A stretch of 63,519 bases of DNA, filler included, from Nitrospinae bacterium RIFCSPLOWO2_12_FULL_45_22 (GCA_001803565.1; 3 parts of 3 records of this genome joined end to end with filler, not necessarily neighbours in it), one strand, 5' to 3'; positions 17,890-27,523 are shown, counted from the whole stretch's first letter. Translations and numbers: made by a program. The notes: a model not told the origin generated them from the letters alone.

Positions 17890-20109
17890 ATGGATCCAGA
17901 AAAGAAGATAACCCGCTTAGAAGAAGTAATTGAAAACCTGTTGTCCTATTATCCCCAGGCAGATGTAGATATTATCTGGAAGGCCTATGTTTATATAGCT
18001 AAAGCCCACCGGGGGCAGACCCGTCTCTCGGGCAGTCCCTACCTTTCTCATCCCCTTGAAGTTGCCTATATCCTTACCCAACTAAAACAGGATCCTTATA
18101 CTATTGCCGCTGGTCTCCTTCACGATACTATAGAGGATACTTACTCAACCGCGGAAGAAATTCGAGATCAGTTTGGGCCTGAGGTTGAGTTGTTGGTGGA
18201 CGGGGTTACTAAGATCAGTAAAATGACTTTTTCTACCAGTGAAGAGCAACAGGCAGAAAATTTCCGCAAGATGCTTCTGGCCATGGCAAAAGATATCCGG
18301 GTGATCTTGATAAAATTAGCTGATAGATTACACAATATGCGTACTATCCTGTTCATTTCACCAGCGAAGCAAAAAGAGATTGTTCAGGAAACTCTGGATA
18401 TCTATGCCCCTTTAGCTAATAGGTTAGGGATAGGGTGGTTGAAATGTGAGCTAGAAGAACTTAGTTTTCACTGCCTATATCCTGATGCCTTTGCTGGACT
18501 TCAGGCAAAGATTGATAAAGGTCAAGAGGCAAGAGATAAGATAATTAATGAAATAGAGAAGGTAGTAACCTTGGAATTAGAGAAGGCCGTAATCCCGGCT
18601 AAAGTCCAGGGTCGTTCTAAGCACTTATATAGTATTTATCAGAAGATGGAACGAGAAAGTATTGATTTTCATGAAGTCTATGACCTCTTGGGCTTACGCA
18701 TTATAACTGATTCCATAAGGAACTGTTATGCCATCCTTGGCATTATTCACTCCCTCTGGAGACCCATACCCGGCCGCTTTAAGGATTATATTGCCTTACC
18801 TAAAGCCAATATGTACCAAACTCTGCATACAACCGTAATTGCCTCTCGAGGGGAGCGGGTAGAGTTTCAGATCCGCACGGAAGAGATGCATAGGATTGCT
18901 GAAGAAGGGATTGCGGCCCACTGGCGTTATAAAGAAGGAGGGGTTGGGGAAAAGGGTTATGATGAGAAATTTGTCTGGCTGCGTCATCTCTTGGACTGGC
19001 AGCAGGAATTAAAAGACCCTAAAGAATTTATGGATACCTTAAAGATAGATCTCTTCCCCGAAGAGGTGTATGTATTCACCCCCAAAGGCGATGTTAAGTC
19101 TTTCCCCTTCGGGGCTACCCCAGTAGACTTTGCCTATAGCGTCCATACCGATATTGGTAACCAATGTGTGGGTACCAAAGTCAATTCTCGCCTCGTTCCC
19201 TTAAATTATAAGCTAAAAAATGGGGATATAATAGAGATTCTCACTAACCCCCGACATACCCCCAGCCGTGACTGGCTGAAATTTGTCAAGACCTGCCGGG
19301 CCAGGAATAAGATCCGTTCATGGATAAAGGCAGAGCAGAAAGAACGTAGTAGAGAGTTGGGGCGCGAGATATTAGAGAAACAGGTAGCTAAGTATAACCA
19401 GGATCCGGCTACAGTCCTCAAAACTAAGGATTTAAATGATATAGCTAAGCGTCTGAATTACTCATCGGTGGAGGATCTGTTAGCAGCTATAGGGTTTGGT
19501 AAAATTACGGGTAGGCAAGTAGTGGAAGAATTAATCCCCCGGGAAGAGCTAGAAAAATATGATAAAGCTAGAGAGACTTCACCTTTAAAAAGGTTAGTTA
19601 AAGCAGTCAGCAAAAGAGCAGTCGAGGGGGCGGTTAAAGTAAAGGGAATGGATGATATATTTGTCCGGTTTGCCAAATGCTGTTCCCCAGTACCAGGAGA
19701 TTTTATTATAGGCTATATTACGCGGGGCCGGGGTATATCCATCCATACCCGCGATTGTCCTAGTATGGCTGGATTAGAATATGATGCTGAGAGGAAGATC
19801 GAGGTAGAGTGGGGAAAAAAAGCACAGAATGCTTATCCTGTCAGGGTAAATATTGGCACTGAAAATAGGCCAGGGCTCCTGGGCATGATCAGCTCAGCTA
19901 TTGCCTCTTGGGATGTAAATATTAGTTGGGCTAATGTAGAGACTTTTGGTGATAAGACAGCAACCCTTGATTTTGATATCGAGATTACTGACCTGGATCA
20001 ATTGAATAAAGTAATAAGCACTATCAAGAATATAAAGGGGGTTACTAGAGTGGAAAGGATCAGGAATCCATCTAAGTATAAAGCCAAAATAAAAGGTAAG
20101 AGGTTATAA
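17890..20109 (+). CDS. relA: Bifunctional (p)ppGpp synthetase/hydrolase (long RSH)
   Basis: HD hydrolase LHDTIEDT, KLADRLHNMRT, synthetase GRFKDYI..YQTLHT, TGS and ACT domains. Confidence 0.96.
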   Translation: MDPEKKITRLEEVIENLLSYYPQADVDIIWKAYVYIAKAHRGQTRLSGSPYLSHPLEVAYILTQLKQDPYTIAAGLLHDTIEDTYSTAEEIRDQFGPEVELLVDGVTKISKMTFSTSEEQQAENFRKMLLAMAKDIRVILIKLADRLHNMRTILFISPAKQKEIVQETLDIYAPLANRLGIGWLKCELEELSFHCLYPDAFAGLQAKIDKGQEARDKIINEIEKVVTLELEKAVIPAKVQGRSKHLYSIYQKMERESIDFHEVYDLLGLRIITDSIRNCYAILGIIHSLWRPIPGRFKDYIALPKANMYQTLHTTVIASRGERVEFQIRTEEMHRIAEEGIAAHWRYKEGGVGEKGYDEKFVWLRHLLDWQQELKDPKEFMDTLKIDLFPEEVYVFTPKGDVKSFPFGATPVDFAYSVHTDIGNQCVGTKVNSRLVPLNYKLKNGDIIEILTNPRHTPSRDWLKFVKTCRARNKIRSWIKAEQKERSRELGREILEKQVAKYNQDPATVLKTKDLNDIAKRLNYSSVEDLLAAIGFGKITGRQVVEELIPREELEKYDKARETSPLKRLVKAVSKRAVEGAVKVKGMDDIFVRFAKCCSPVPGDFIIGYITRGRGISIHTRDCPSMAGLEYDAERKIEVEWGKKAQNAYPVRVNIGTENRPGLLGMISSAIASWDVNISWANVETFGDKTATLDFDIEITDLDQLNKVISTIKNIKGVTRVERIRNPSKYKAKIKGKRL

Positions 20110-20304
20110 CTACGCAATAGCCTTAAGTACCCGGCCTCCCTTTATGCAGCGAGTACACACCCGCATCGTTTTGGAACCACTGCTTGTATTAACTTTTATC
20201 CTCTGTAAATTGGGGTTCCATCTTCGATTAGTCACATTGTGGGCATGACTTATCCGATGACCGAATTGGGGCCCTTTTCCACATATAGCACACCTTCTCG
20301 CCAA
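20110..20304 (-). CDS. rpmB: 50S ribosomal protein L28
   Basis: RRCAICGK..GHRISHAH..RRWNPNLQ..VCTRC. Confidence 0.96.
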   Translation of the reverse strand: MARRCAICGKGPQFGHRISHAHNVTNRRWNPNLQRIKVNTSSGSKTMRVCTRCIKGGRVLKAIA

Positions 20305-20495
20305 GTCCTATGTCTCCTCTACTATCCTTTAGTTACCCAGAAGAGCTTTTACTTAAATGAATGATGCCAAACATAGCATATTATCTTTTAGATAGCAATA
20401 TAAAAAATGGTGGGCATGGCGTAAAACCTCCATTAAACCGGGGGGGCCGAAGAGATTATCAAAGACATCCTCTATTCTGGATTACTTGATTTTGC

Positions 20496-20551
20496 TGGTG
20501 CCGAAGGGGGGACTCGAACCCCCACGAGGATACCCCCACATGACCCTGAAT
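20496..20551 (-). pseudogene. 3' half of tRNA-Leu(CAG); att-site duplication
   Basis: Minus strand ATTCAGGGTCATG, variable arm, GGGGGTTCGAGTCCCCC, TTCGGCACCA; 5' half absent, homology stops at the anticodon loop. Confidence 0.88.
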
Positions 20552-20706
20552 AATATGATTGCAATTTGGCTGTTCTAAATATCCTTATTTTTCAATGACT
20601 TACGAGGAGTCAATTTATTCCGTTGGACTCATTTTGGGGTCATTTCGGGGTCATTTCGGACACGCTCACGCCATAGGGACGCCATAAAGTTCTGGGGCTA
20701 ATCCCT

Positions 20707-20988
20707 TTATTTTTGCGCTTTTAGGGCACGGCGAGCGATATTTTGCAGTTCATTGTGGGAGAGAATATTTTGTTTGACCTTATAGTTTTTCCTATGCCGA
20801 TCCTTTAACCACTCAATCACGTCCAGGGGCATGAAACGCCACTCCTTGCCTATCTTGAATCCCGCTTGCATACCTAATCCCTCAGCTAGATAGTCCTGGA
20901 GGGTGTATTTGCTGACCCTCAAGTATGCTTTAAGTTCCTCAAAGGTCATGGGAAAATTAGGATCAACTGGTTGTCTGGTATCACACAT
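20707..20988 (-). CDS. Excisionase-like HTH protein
   Basis: MTFEELKAYLRVSKYTL...FKIGKEWRF..DVIEWL pattern; next to att. Confidence 0.85.
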   Translation of the reverse strand: MCDTRQPVDPNFPMTFEELKAYLRVSKYTLQDYLAEGLGMQAGFKIGKEWRFMPLDVIEWLKDRHRKNYKVKQNILSHNELQNIARRALKAQK

Positions 20989-21005
20989 AGATTATAAAAT
21001 CTTAT

Positions 21006-21737
21006 CTACTGGTACTCTTCTTCATACTCTTCATCTAAATCAACCAGCATCTCGCTATTCTCTTTCCCCACTTCTATAGCATTTTTTTGCTGCCCAGGAT
21101 TATTAAGTGTAAGCCGCATCTTGACCAAAACCCCTGGGCCCATACCCTCTCTTTTTTCTGCCTCCCCTAACCCAGACAACTGTGCCGCTAGCTTCATAGC
21201 CGCTATCCTATCCCCTGCATCCCCACCGACTTCACTGGCCATAATGGTCCTCCAGGCCTCGGTTTCTAAGGCTGCCTGTACAGCCTTCTTGCGCTTGGGG
21301 TCTTCCCATCTGGCCTTTTTATGGTGCCAGTTCCGATAGTAGGCATGATAGCCCAGGTCTTTAGACGTGATGTTAAAATAGTTATGCAGAACCGGGCTAG
21401 GAGTGCCTGCTATGTATAATTCCTCAAGTAGCTTGAGTTTATCGCTCTCAAGATTACACACAGAGCAAGTATCGGAGTTCTTACAGAAGTCTTTTCGGTA
21501 TTGTTCTATGACTGTCTGATTGCGAGAGGGGTTACAGGGGGGGGTAGCATGTGTCACCTGATTGTCGCCTTGATTGCTAGTTGTTGTCACCCGATCCTTA
21601 TAGGTCCCCATTTTTACCAGGACCCGCTTTATAGCATTAGGATAAGTGTTTAATTCCTTGGCTATGGCTTTGATGCCTTTACCTGCCCGATAGAGTATCA
21701 GAGCCTTTTCCTTATCCATTTTGCCTATCCTTTTCAT
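21006..21737 (-). CDS. HTH protein, terminase small subunit-like
   Basis: N-terminal HTH, CSVC motif, C-terminal DRIAAMKLAAQLSGL resembling the TerS oligomerisation helix, acidic tail. Confidence 0.5.
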   Translation of the reverse strand: MKRIGKMDKEKALILYRAGKGIKAIAKELNTYPNAIKRVLVKMGTYKDRVTTTSNQGDNQVTHATPPCNPSRNQTVIEQYRKDFCKNSDTCSVCNLESDKLKLLEELYIAGTPSPVLHNYFNITSKDLGYHAYYRNWHHKKARWEDPKRKKAVQAALETEAWRTIMASEVGGDAGDRIAAMKLAAQLSGLGEAEKREGMGPGVLVKMRLTLNNPGQQKNAIEVGKENSEMLVDLDEEYEEEYQ

Positions 21738-21742
21738 ATTTG

Positions 21743-22042
21743 CTATTTAGACAGAAGTTTTTGGAGAGCTATGATAGCTTCGTCTAATAAAGCGAAGTTA
21801 GAGTTATTGACCTGGTTATCAGAGGTATCACCTAAGCCCTCGATATTGGCTATTCTAGCTGATAACGGGTTATCGTCCTGGATACTGGTAGAGGTTATCA
21901 TTTCCTGGTTATGCCCTTGCAAAAGCCCCAATTTGATTAACCTCTTCCTTACTGCCGGCTGGCTAATGCCTAATTGCCTGGCTATCTCCCGTTGTCCCTT
22001 GCCTTGACGGTACAATTTTATTATTTCGTTATCCTGAATCAT
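21743..22042 (-). CDS. HTH DNA-binding protein
   Basis: LYRQGKGQREIARQLGISQPAVRKRL. Confidence 0.8.
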   Translation of the reverse strand: MIQDNEIIKLYRQGKGQREIARQLGISQPAVRKRLIKLGLLQGHNQEMITSTSIQDDNPLSARIANIEGLGDTSDNQVNNSNFALLDEAIIALQKLLSK

Positions 22043-22285
22043 TTAAAGCTCCTTTTTTTGTTGCTGAGTTAGGGCCTTATCCAGTGCCTGTATGGCTTTC
22101 TTTAGCTCTGGTAGTAATCCTATCGCCAGGGTTAAACCTTTCTTGGTGGGCCGCCAGTCCCCATCTTCCCGGTAATATAGGCGGATATCAAAATAGTCCT
22201 TCCCTTTGTATTCAGTCAAAGAGACCCGGACTACCTCAAGATCATTTTTCTGGATTTCAGCTACCAGCTTGTTTTCTTGGCTCAT
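22043..22285 (-). CDS. PC4/p15 family ssDNA-binding protein
   Basis: VRVSLTEYKGKDYFDIRLYY...WRPTKKGLTL signature. Confidence 0.9.
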   Translation of the reverse strand: MSQENKLVAEIQKNDLEVVRVSLTEYKGKDYFDIRLYYREDGDWRPTKKGLTLAIGLLPELKKAIQALDKALTQQQKKEL

Positions 22286-22288
22286 AGT

Positions 22289-22429
22289 TTATATCCCTAT
22301 CTGGCTAATAATTCCTTGTAATCTGATTTGTTCCTGTTCTTCTGTTTCTTGCACTTGTGCCAAAAGCTCTAATGATTTCTTTTGAAGGCCCCCTCTCTTT
22401 TTTAGCCCTCTTGTTTTTACAATTGCCAT
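22289..22429 (-). CDS. Small hypothetical protein (46 aa, MAIVKTRGLKK...)
   Basis: Hand-translated ORF filling the gap between co-oriented genes. Confidence 0.4.
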   Translation of the reverse strand: MAIVKTRGLKKRGGLQKKSLELLAQVQETEEQEQIRLQGIISQIGI

Positions 22430-22440
22430 CCTTTTTAACC

Positions 22441-23082
22441 TCAATCTAGCCCTACATATTCGTCTTTGCCATTGTCCCGCCAGCGGAGGACATCACTATA
22501 CTGTTCTTTGAACCGACTCCACCAATCCTTAGTAGGCCCGTGCTGTAATACAATCCCCTGGGATATAGTCTTCCCTCGGTTGAGCAGGTCGAAGGCTACC
22601 AGGACATAATAGGTGTAATGTTTCCTGGATAAACCCTCAATGTCAGGTGCGACGTATCCATCCGGGTCAAAGCAATCAGGCCTAGGGGGAACGGATTTCT
22701 CTTGTTCACCCTTATTGTGGCTTCTATTCTCCTCTAACCATTTAAGCCGCTTTTGCCACCATGCAAGCAGATGTTTACACTCTTTGGCCTTGTATATGTA
22801 GCATGGCGGGTTACATTCTTCGGCAGGTACGGCCATTTCTTGCCATGAGCAGAATTTGGTCTGGGGAGTACGGGTAGCATCCTGAGCAGATAGAAAATCA
22901 ATGGCATCTTGCTTCCGAGACTTAAGTTCTTTTATTAAAGGCTCCGCCGCTATCCGGTTAGGCCGAATGCCAGGTAAAGGTTTAAGGCGAATATTTTCAC
23001 CATGTACATTTATCTGATAACCAAGCCCTTCAAGTGCTGCAATAACTTCCATTTCAGATAACAATCTCCTCTTCTTCATCAA
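22441..23082 (-). CDS. Hypothetical protein with TubC-N-like N-terminus, downstream of primase
   Basis: LEGLGYQINVHGENIRL...LIKELKSRKQDAIDFL pattern; start probably ATG near 23052. Confidence 0.6.
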   Translation of the reverse strand: MMKKRRLLSEMEVIAALEGLGYQINVHGENIRLKPLPGIRPNRIAAEPLIKELKSRKQDAIDFLSAQDATRTPQTKFCSWQEMAVPAEECNPPCYIYKAKECKHLLAWWQKRLKWLEENRSHNKGEQEKSVPPRPDCFDPDGYVAPDIEGLSRKHYTYYVLVAFDLLNRGKTISQGIVLQHGPTKDWWSRFKEQYSDVLRWRDNGKDEYVGLD

Positions 23083-25273
23083 ATAATATGTTGTCTACCC
23101 CTTCGGCAACATGTCCCTCTTGTCCCTCTTGTCCTAAACCATTATCAGTATTGGTTTCTGAGAGGGACATTTGTCTGGACATTAGGGACAAGTCATTATT
23201 TTGGCTATTACCGCATGACCCTATGGAAACGCTTATCTGAGCGTTATCTTGGACATTAGGGTCATTAGGGTTGACTTTTCTAACCCCGTGCTTCTCAAAA
23301 AGTTTTTCCATTTTTTCAGGGTCGATTATTCTCTGTCTGACATCAGAAGATTTCGCCGGTTGAATCCCTAATGCACTAAGCCGCATCCCTATCTTTTGGC
23401 TGCTCACTTGCCATTTCTCAGGAACACCCTCATTAACCATCTTTGTAATTTCCCCTACCTCGATCTTTCCATGCCGAATCTTATCCCAAAGCTTCGCTAT
23501 GGCCTCCAAAATCCTTCCATCTAGGGTTTCCCTCCTATCGTTTTTTCGCTGGGACTCTAACTCTTTAAGCACATTAATAAGGATGTTTTCTCGATCAGGA
23601 TTGACTAACCTGATGGTCTGAATAAGGGGACGGGCAATATCACCTAAACGACCATCAGTGGGTTTACTGGCTTGTGGTAACTCTTTATCCAAGCATCTTG
23701 CCCGGAAGGCCACGAGCCGTTCTTTAAGGGATAGGGCATCTTCAGGGGTGACATCATTTTCAAAGCGTCTAAAACTGTCCGGCATACTAATCTGAAGCGC
23801 CCGGCTCTGTAGGATCTGGCTCACCGGTTCATTGGTAGCTACGACCGTTGCCCCAAAAACGTTAAAATAAACTGTATCTCTATGAGCACCTCGCTCAGGA
23901 TAAAGCACCCGTGGGACACAAGCGCCTCTCTCATATCTGTGTAATAATAAATCCTCCGTCCCGTTTTTCTCGGCCTTACGCCACAAATCCAGGGTATCAA
24001 TGAAGAGAGTAGCGCAGTAATTATTAGCAACTCTAACTAGGTAGGCATCTCTTAAAGATTCAACATGAATACCTCGATAAGCAACATAAATCAATCCTTT
24101 ACCGGTGCGGCTTTTCCCCCGCTCCGGGACTGCAAAAAGGTAAAGATAAGGTGAGTATTGAACCTGCTCTAGCAGATAAGTATGAAAATCCCAGGTGGCT
24201 AATAAGTCATAATAGGAATCGCTGGGCAGCTCTGATATGCCCCTATGATAAGTAATCAGATCATTATAAAGGGCTTGATCACTATCTTCTTTGTAAAAGC
24301 GCAAAACCATATCTGCCCGGGGCACCAACCAAGGTATTTTGTCCTTTGGTGGGGGTAAGTAGCAGATCCCCTCTAGCTCAACCTGGCTTAATATTTTTAA
24401 CCCGCGACTTTCTTTAACTAGAAAAGCAGGTTTGTCGTCGTATTCGACAATGTCTACTAAGCCTGGGAATAGCGCCGTATAATTCTCCTTAGCTTCCGTA
24501 GTGACTTTGGCATCTTTCTTCCAGTTCTTATACCATTTTTTAACTTGCCCGAAAGCTGAATGATCAAGGGTTATTAATCTTAGCTTCTTTAGTCCCTCTA
24601 CACCCTCTGCTACCAAGAAATCGTCTATGCCTTGTTTTTCTGCCCCCCGCTGGGGTATAACTGCTATCTTGGCATTAGCCCCGCGGTTCTCTAATTCTTT
24701 TGCAAAAACATAAAGAGCCTGCAACGCAGAAGGGTTGGCCCATATATCGCTATCGAAATATATCGTCTCTTCTCTATCTACGTGAGCGATTCTGTCTATC
24801 TCTGCGATTGCTTCCTTTGTGTCAGAAGCCGTCCAGTTCCAAATCCCGCCAAGCCCAATACAGGGGATTCCCTCCTGGCACCCTTTAAGAGCCTTCTTTT
24901 CGCCCTCCGTCCAGGCCAGAGGGATAGAGGGGTCTTTTAACACCTCTTGAACCGGGTGAGGGATGTAAAGATGAACTCCAGAACCTGAAGCCTGATAGTA
25001 GCGCATTGTGTGCCCATTTTTAATTTGCAGGGGTGGAAACAACTTAAATCTTGTAAAGCCATTACAGCCGGGATAGGGAAAGGCAAGAAGGGATTTTAGC
25101 TCAGGGGGGTCCCATCCGATTATTCTTTTGATCTCACCGGGGCATACGCTATAGATACCATGTTGCGCTATAGTTTCATCCGATAAGCCACTCTGACGCA
25201 CGTCGGCTAAATGGGCTGGGTGTACTTTTGATTCTATATTGGATGGGTCAGATCGCATAACTATTACCCTCAA
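23054..25273 (-). CDS. DUF3854/Toprim primase fused to helicase-like replication domain
   Basis: RYYQ, TEGEKKA, GLGGIWNW, FDSD, GIDDFL Toprim motifs; degenerate P-loop PERGKSRTGK. Confidence 0.85.
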   Translation of the reverse strand: MRVIVMRSDPSNIESKVHPAHLADVRQSGLSDETIAQHGIYSVCPGEIKRIIGWDPPELKSLLAFPYPGCNGFTRFKLFPPLQIKNGHTMRYYQASGSGVHLYIPHPVQEVLKDPSIPLAWTEGEKKALKGCQEGIPCIGLGGIWNWTASDTKEAIAEIDRIAHVDREETIYFDSDIWANPSALQALYVFAKELENRGANAKIAVIPQRGAEKQGIDDFLVAEGVEGLKKLRLITLDHSAFGQVKKWYKNWKKDAKVTTEAKENYTALFPGLVDIVEYDDKPAFLVKESRGLKILSQVELEGICYLPPPKDKIPWLVPRADMVLRFYKEDSDQALYNDLITYHRGISELPSDSYYDLLATWDFHTYLLEQVQYSPYLYLFAVPERGKSRTGKGLIYVAYRGIHVESLRDAYLVRVANNYCATLFIDTLDLWRKAEKNGTEDLLLHRYERGACVPRVLYPERGAHRDTVYFNVFGATVVATNEPVSQILQSRALQISMPDSFRRFENDVTPEDALSLKERLVAFRARCLDKELPQASKPTDGRLGDIARPLIQTIRLVNPDRENILINVLKELESQRKNDRRETLDGRILEAIAKLWDKIRHGKIEVGEITKMVNEGVPEKWQVSSQKIGMRLSALGIQPAKSSDVRQRIIDPEKMEKLFEKHGVRKVNPNDPNVQDNAQISVSIGSCGNSQNNDLSLMSRQMSLSETNTDNGLGQEGQEGHVAEGVDNILFDEEEEIVI

Positions 25274-25503
25274 AGATTACGAGTTAAAGCTTTTATGTCC
25301 TTTATCGCGTTAATAAAAGACCGGATCTCCACCAAGCCGCCGTTATAGAATGTCTTATGCAACTCCTTACGACGAGGGGTTTCTTCAAAGAAAAAATTAA
25401 CCCTTCGGGGGTCTTGGGTGTCTCTCGCATAATCAACAACCGGCAGTCCATGAGATTTGAGGTAGGCTGTTAGATAAAGGTCTGAGGTGCTGTATAATTG
25501 CAT
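25270..25503 (-). CDS. DUF5659-like small protein
   Basis: TSDLYLTAYL...RVNFFF...FINAIKDIK pattern. Confidence 0.7.
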   Translation of the reverse strand: MQLYSTSDLYLTAYLKSHGLPVVDYARDTQDPRRVNFFFEETPRRKELHKTFYNGGLVEIRSFINAIKDIKALTRNL

Positions 25504-25673
25504 AGAGATACTCCCATAAATCTTTTTATTTTTGTGGATAAAATCTTATCGGCAGACATAGACTACCATCTTGCACACCTCGGCTAAATGGGCTGGGTGG
25601 AGTTTTCCGCTAGGATTTATCAAGCGCATATTCCCCCACCCTTTTCCCCGTGAATCCCACAAAGCAAAAGTTC

Positions 25674-25826
25674 TCATCTGAACAACTCACTCTTTTTAGT
25701 CTGAAGAATCTTTGCAATCCGGGCTTTAACAGATTCAGGCATGGGCATCAATCCCCTGACCATCTTACTAAAGTTGCCCTCAGCAATGGCAAGCCTATGG
25801 GCCAATTCACCTAGTGTATCTATCAA
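25674..25826 (-). CDS. XRE/Cro-like HTH protein (50 aa, not in ORF track)
   Basis: TTG start; LGELAHRLAIAEGNFSKMVRG...RIAKILQ..KSELF; in frame with and directly after the stop of the upstream ORF. Confidence 0.65.
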   Translation of the reverse strand: MIDTLGELAHRLAIAEGNFSKMVRGLMPMPESVKARIAKILQTKKSELFR

Positions 25827-26039
25827 TCATCTAATCCGCTCTAAGTTTAAGTACTTTAGAAGTTTTTCACACTCAGATAGCGCAAAACGCCGGTGTCCAT
25901 TCCTATCCCGTTGCGCAGAGATTATCCCAGCCCGCTCTAAATTTCTTACAGTGTCTGGATGTATCCCTGCCTCCGCAGCCATCTCCGCTACTCGATAAAA
26001 CTTCTTTTTCATAAATATTACCCCCCGGGGATTTCTCAT
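25827..26039 (-). CDS. MerR-type HTH protein
   Basis: YRVAEMAAEAGIHPDTVRNLERAGII..RDRNGHRRF. Confidence 0.85.
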   Translation of the reverse strand: MRNPRGVIFMKKKFYRVAEMAAEAGIHPDTVRNLERAGIISAQRDRNGHRRFALSECEKLLKYLNLERIR

Positions 26040-26191
26040 CTTGGGTTTCTTGTCTAAATCTAATGATTTACCTCGATTTTAAAGCAAAAAAAATTTTTGA
26101 GCAGAGTATCAGATAAGAAATAAGGGGGGACTTATGGAGCCTTATCCAGACGGGTTTTTAGAAAAACATCGGGGGGGGTAGACAATGAAAA

Positions 26192-27436
26192 TTATTCTTT
26201 ATTTAACGCGGTGCTAATCAGTTCCTCAGCCTTAACTACATAGTAACAGGCCCGGACTATAAGGGCTATTAGCCCTTTACTTTTCTTCGAGGGGTTTTGT
26301 CCATAAAATTTATCTTCAGCCTCCTTTACTGCTTTCGCCTTCGGTATTCCCTTAGCAATCAGGCTTTCAGCATATCTCTTACATTCTTCTTGTTTTGCCA
26401 CCAGTTCATTATATTCATCATCTGTGGGAATCCGATCCCAAACCTTATTAATAGGTTGATTCTTTTTCTCTAACCTGGCGTATTCCTTAGGCCATAATAT
26501 CTTAGCAATTTCTGGATAACTCTTTTCCTCCTGGCGCAAATCCCATGCTTTGTAATATTTTTGGTGGTCTCTGAACCTAGTCCCAGAGCTTTTAAACCGT
26601 TTCGCTACCTGCTCTTTTATCTGATTTATCAACTCCTTCCGGGGCACCAGATCAAGGTCAAATTCTAAAATTAAATGGCCATCATCTCTTATTTCGCACA
26701 TAGTAATAGCATTAGCCTCTACATCTCTCAGGAATTTTTTAGTTGCTTTACCAGGCCTGAACCTTACTATTTGGCCAGCTATTTGATACAGTAGTTGCTC
26801 CAGGGTCATACCAAGGGATAAGTGGATGTCTAACTTCAAGTATCTACCTTCCCTTAACTCCTCGTAAACTGGGGTTTTCTCCCAATCAAACTCCTCATCC
26901 CCTATAAACCCTTTAAACCCTTCAATGCCTTCAAGGGGGGAAGGGTTAGCAGAGATTACCTTTACATTTACCGGCGGTTTAACAAAGATAGGGTCAGTAG
27001 TAAAAATCTCTTTAGGATATTCCTGGTAGGGGTCTAAGGGGTAGAAAATATCAAAACCAGCCCTTATTTCTTCCTGAATAGTGGCTATTTCTCCCTCAAT
27101 AATTCCTATTTCTGTCTCAATATCTCTTATACGTGGTTCAATATTCTTTATTCCCCTTTTTGATACCGAAAGAGGTAAGGGGGCCAGGAAAAGCTCAGGG
27201 GAGCGACTTCGTAGTTTCTCCGAAGCGAGGCAGAAAAAGCGGGTTGTATAAAACCCTAAACGGTCTTCTAATCTTTGATGCTTGTTTTTCTTTTCTTGAA
27301 GCCTACCCTCTGCTTCCTGAAGCCTCTCCCATAATCTCCGATACTCACCATGCCTCTTTATCCTTTCCCATCGGTCATAATTAAACTCAATTAAGTATCG
27401 CTTAAGGTCATCCTTAGCCCTTTTTGCCATTACCAT
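26192..27436 (-). CDS. Hypothetical protein with C-terminal HTH (putative element regulator)
   Basis: Coiled coil plus YYKAWDLRQEEKSYPEIAKILWP HTH. Confidence 0.6.
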   Translation of the reverse strand: MVMAKRAKDDLKRYLIEFNYDRWERIKRHGEYRRLWERLQEAEGRLQEKKNKHQRLEDRLGFYTTRFFCLASEKLRSRSPELFLAPLPLSVSKRGIKNIEPRIRDIETEIGIIEGEIATIQEEIRAGFDIFYPLDPYQEYPKEIFTTDPIFVKPPVNVKVISANPSPLEGIEGFKGFIGDEEFDWEKTPVYEELREGRYLKLDIHLSLGMTLEQLLYQIAGQIVRFRPGKATKKFLRDVEANAITMCEIRDDGHLILEFDLDLVPRKELINQIKEQVAKRFKSSGTRFRDHQKYYKAWDLRQEEKSYPEIAKILWPKEYARLEKKNQPINKVWDRIPTDDEYNELVAKQEECKRYAESLIAKGIPKAKAVKEAEDKFYGQNPSKKSKGLIALIVRACYYVVKAEELISTALNKE

Positions 27437-27467
27437 CTCTCCTTATGGTTCTCCATTAAGGGAAAAA

Positions 27468-27523
27468 GACCCCAGGCGGGTGGAGATTGCCCGCTCTTCG
27501 CCCTGCAGAAAGCTAGGGGCCTC
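27468..27523 (-). ncRNA. Structured leader motif, copy A (putative cis/antisense RNA)
   Basis: Minus strand GGCCCC...GGGGTC outer stem, GCGGG/CCCGC inner stem; 19-bp and 13-bp blocks identical to 29266-29304. Confidence 0.5.

Noticed and set aside
20407-20414. TGGTGGGC as a second tRNA 3' remnant
   Set aside because: Only 8 bp with no T-arm; chance-level
113-20551. Single element spanning the integrase to the tRNA-Leu fragment
   Set aside because: Intervening DNA is core housekeeping genes and the tRNAs differ (Gly vs Leu)
20496-20580. Functional tRNA-Leu
   Set aside because: No D-arm or 5' acceptor strand; only an att duplication
25827-25829. Selenocysteine at the MerR/XRE TGA
   Set aside because: Not a Cys-equivalent position and no evident SECIS
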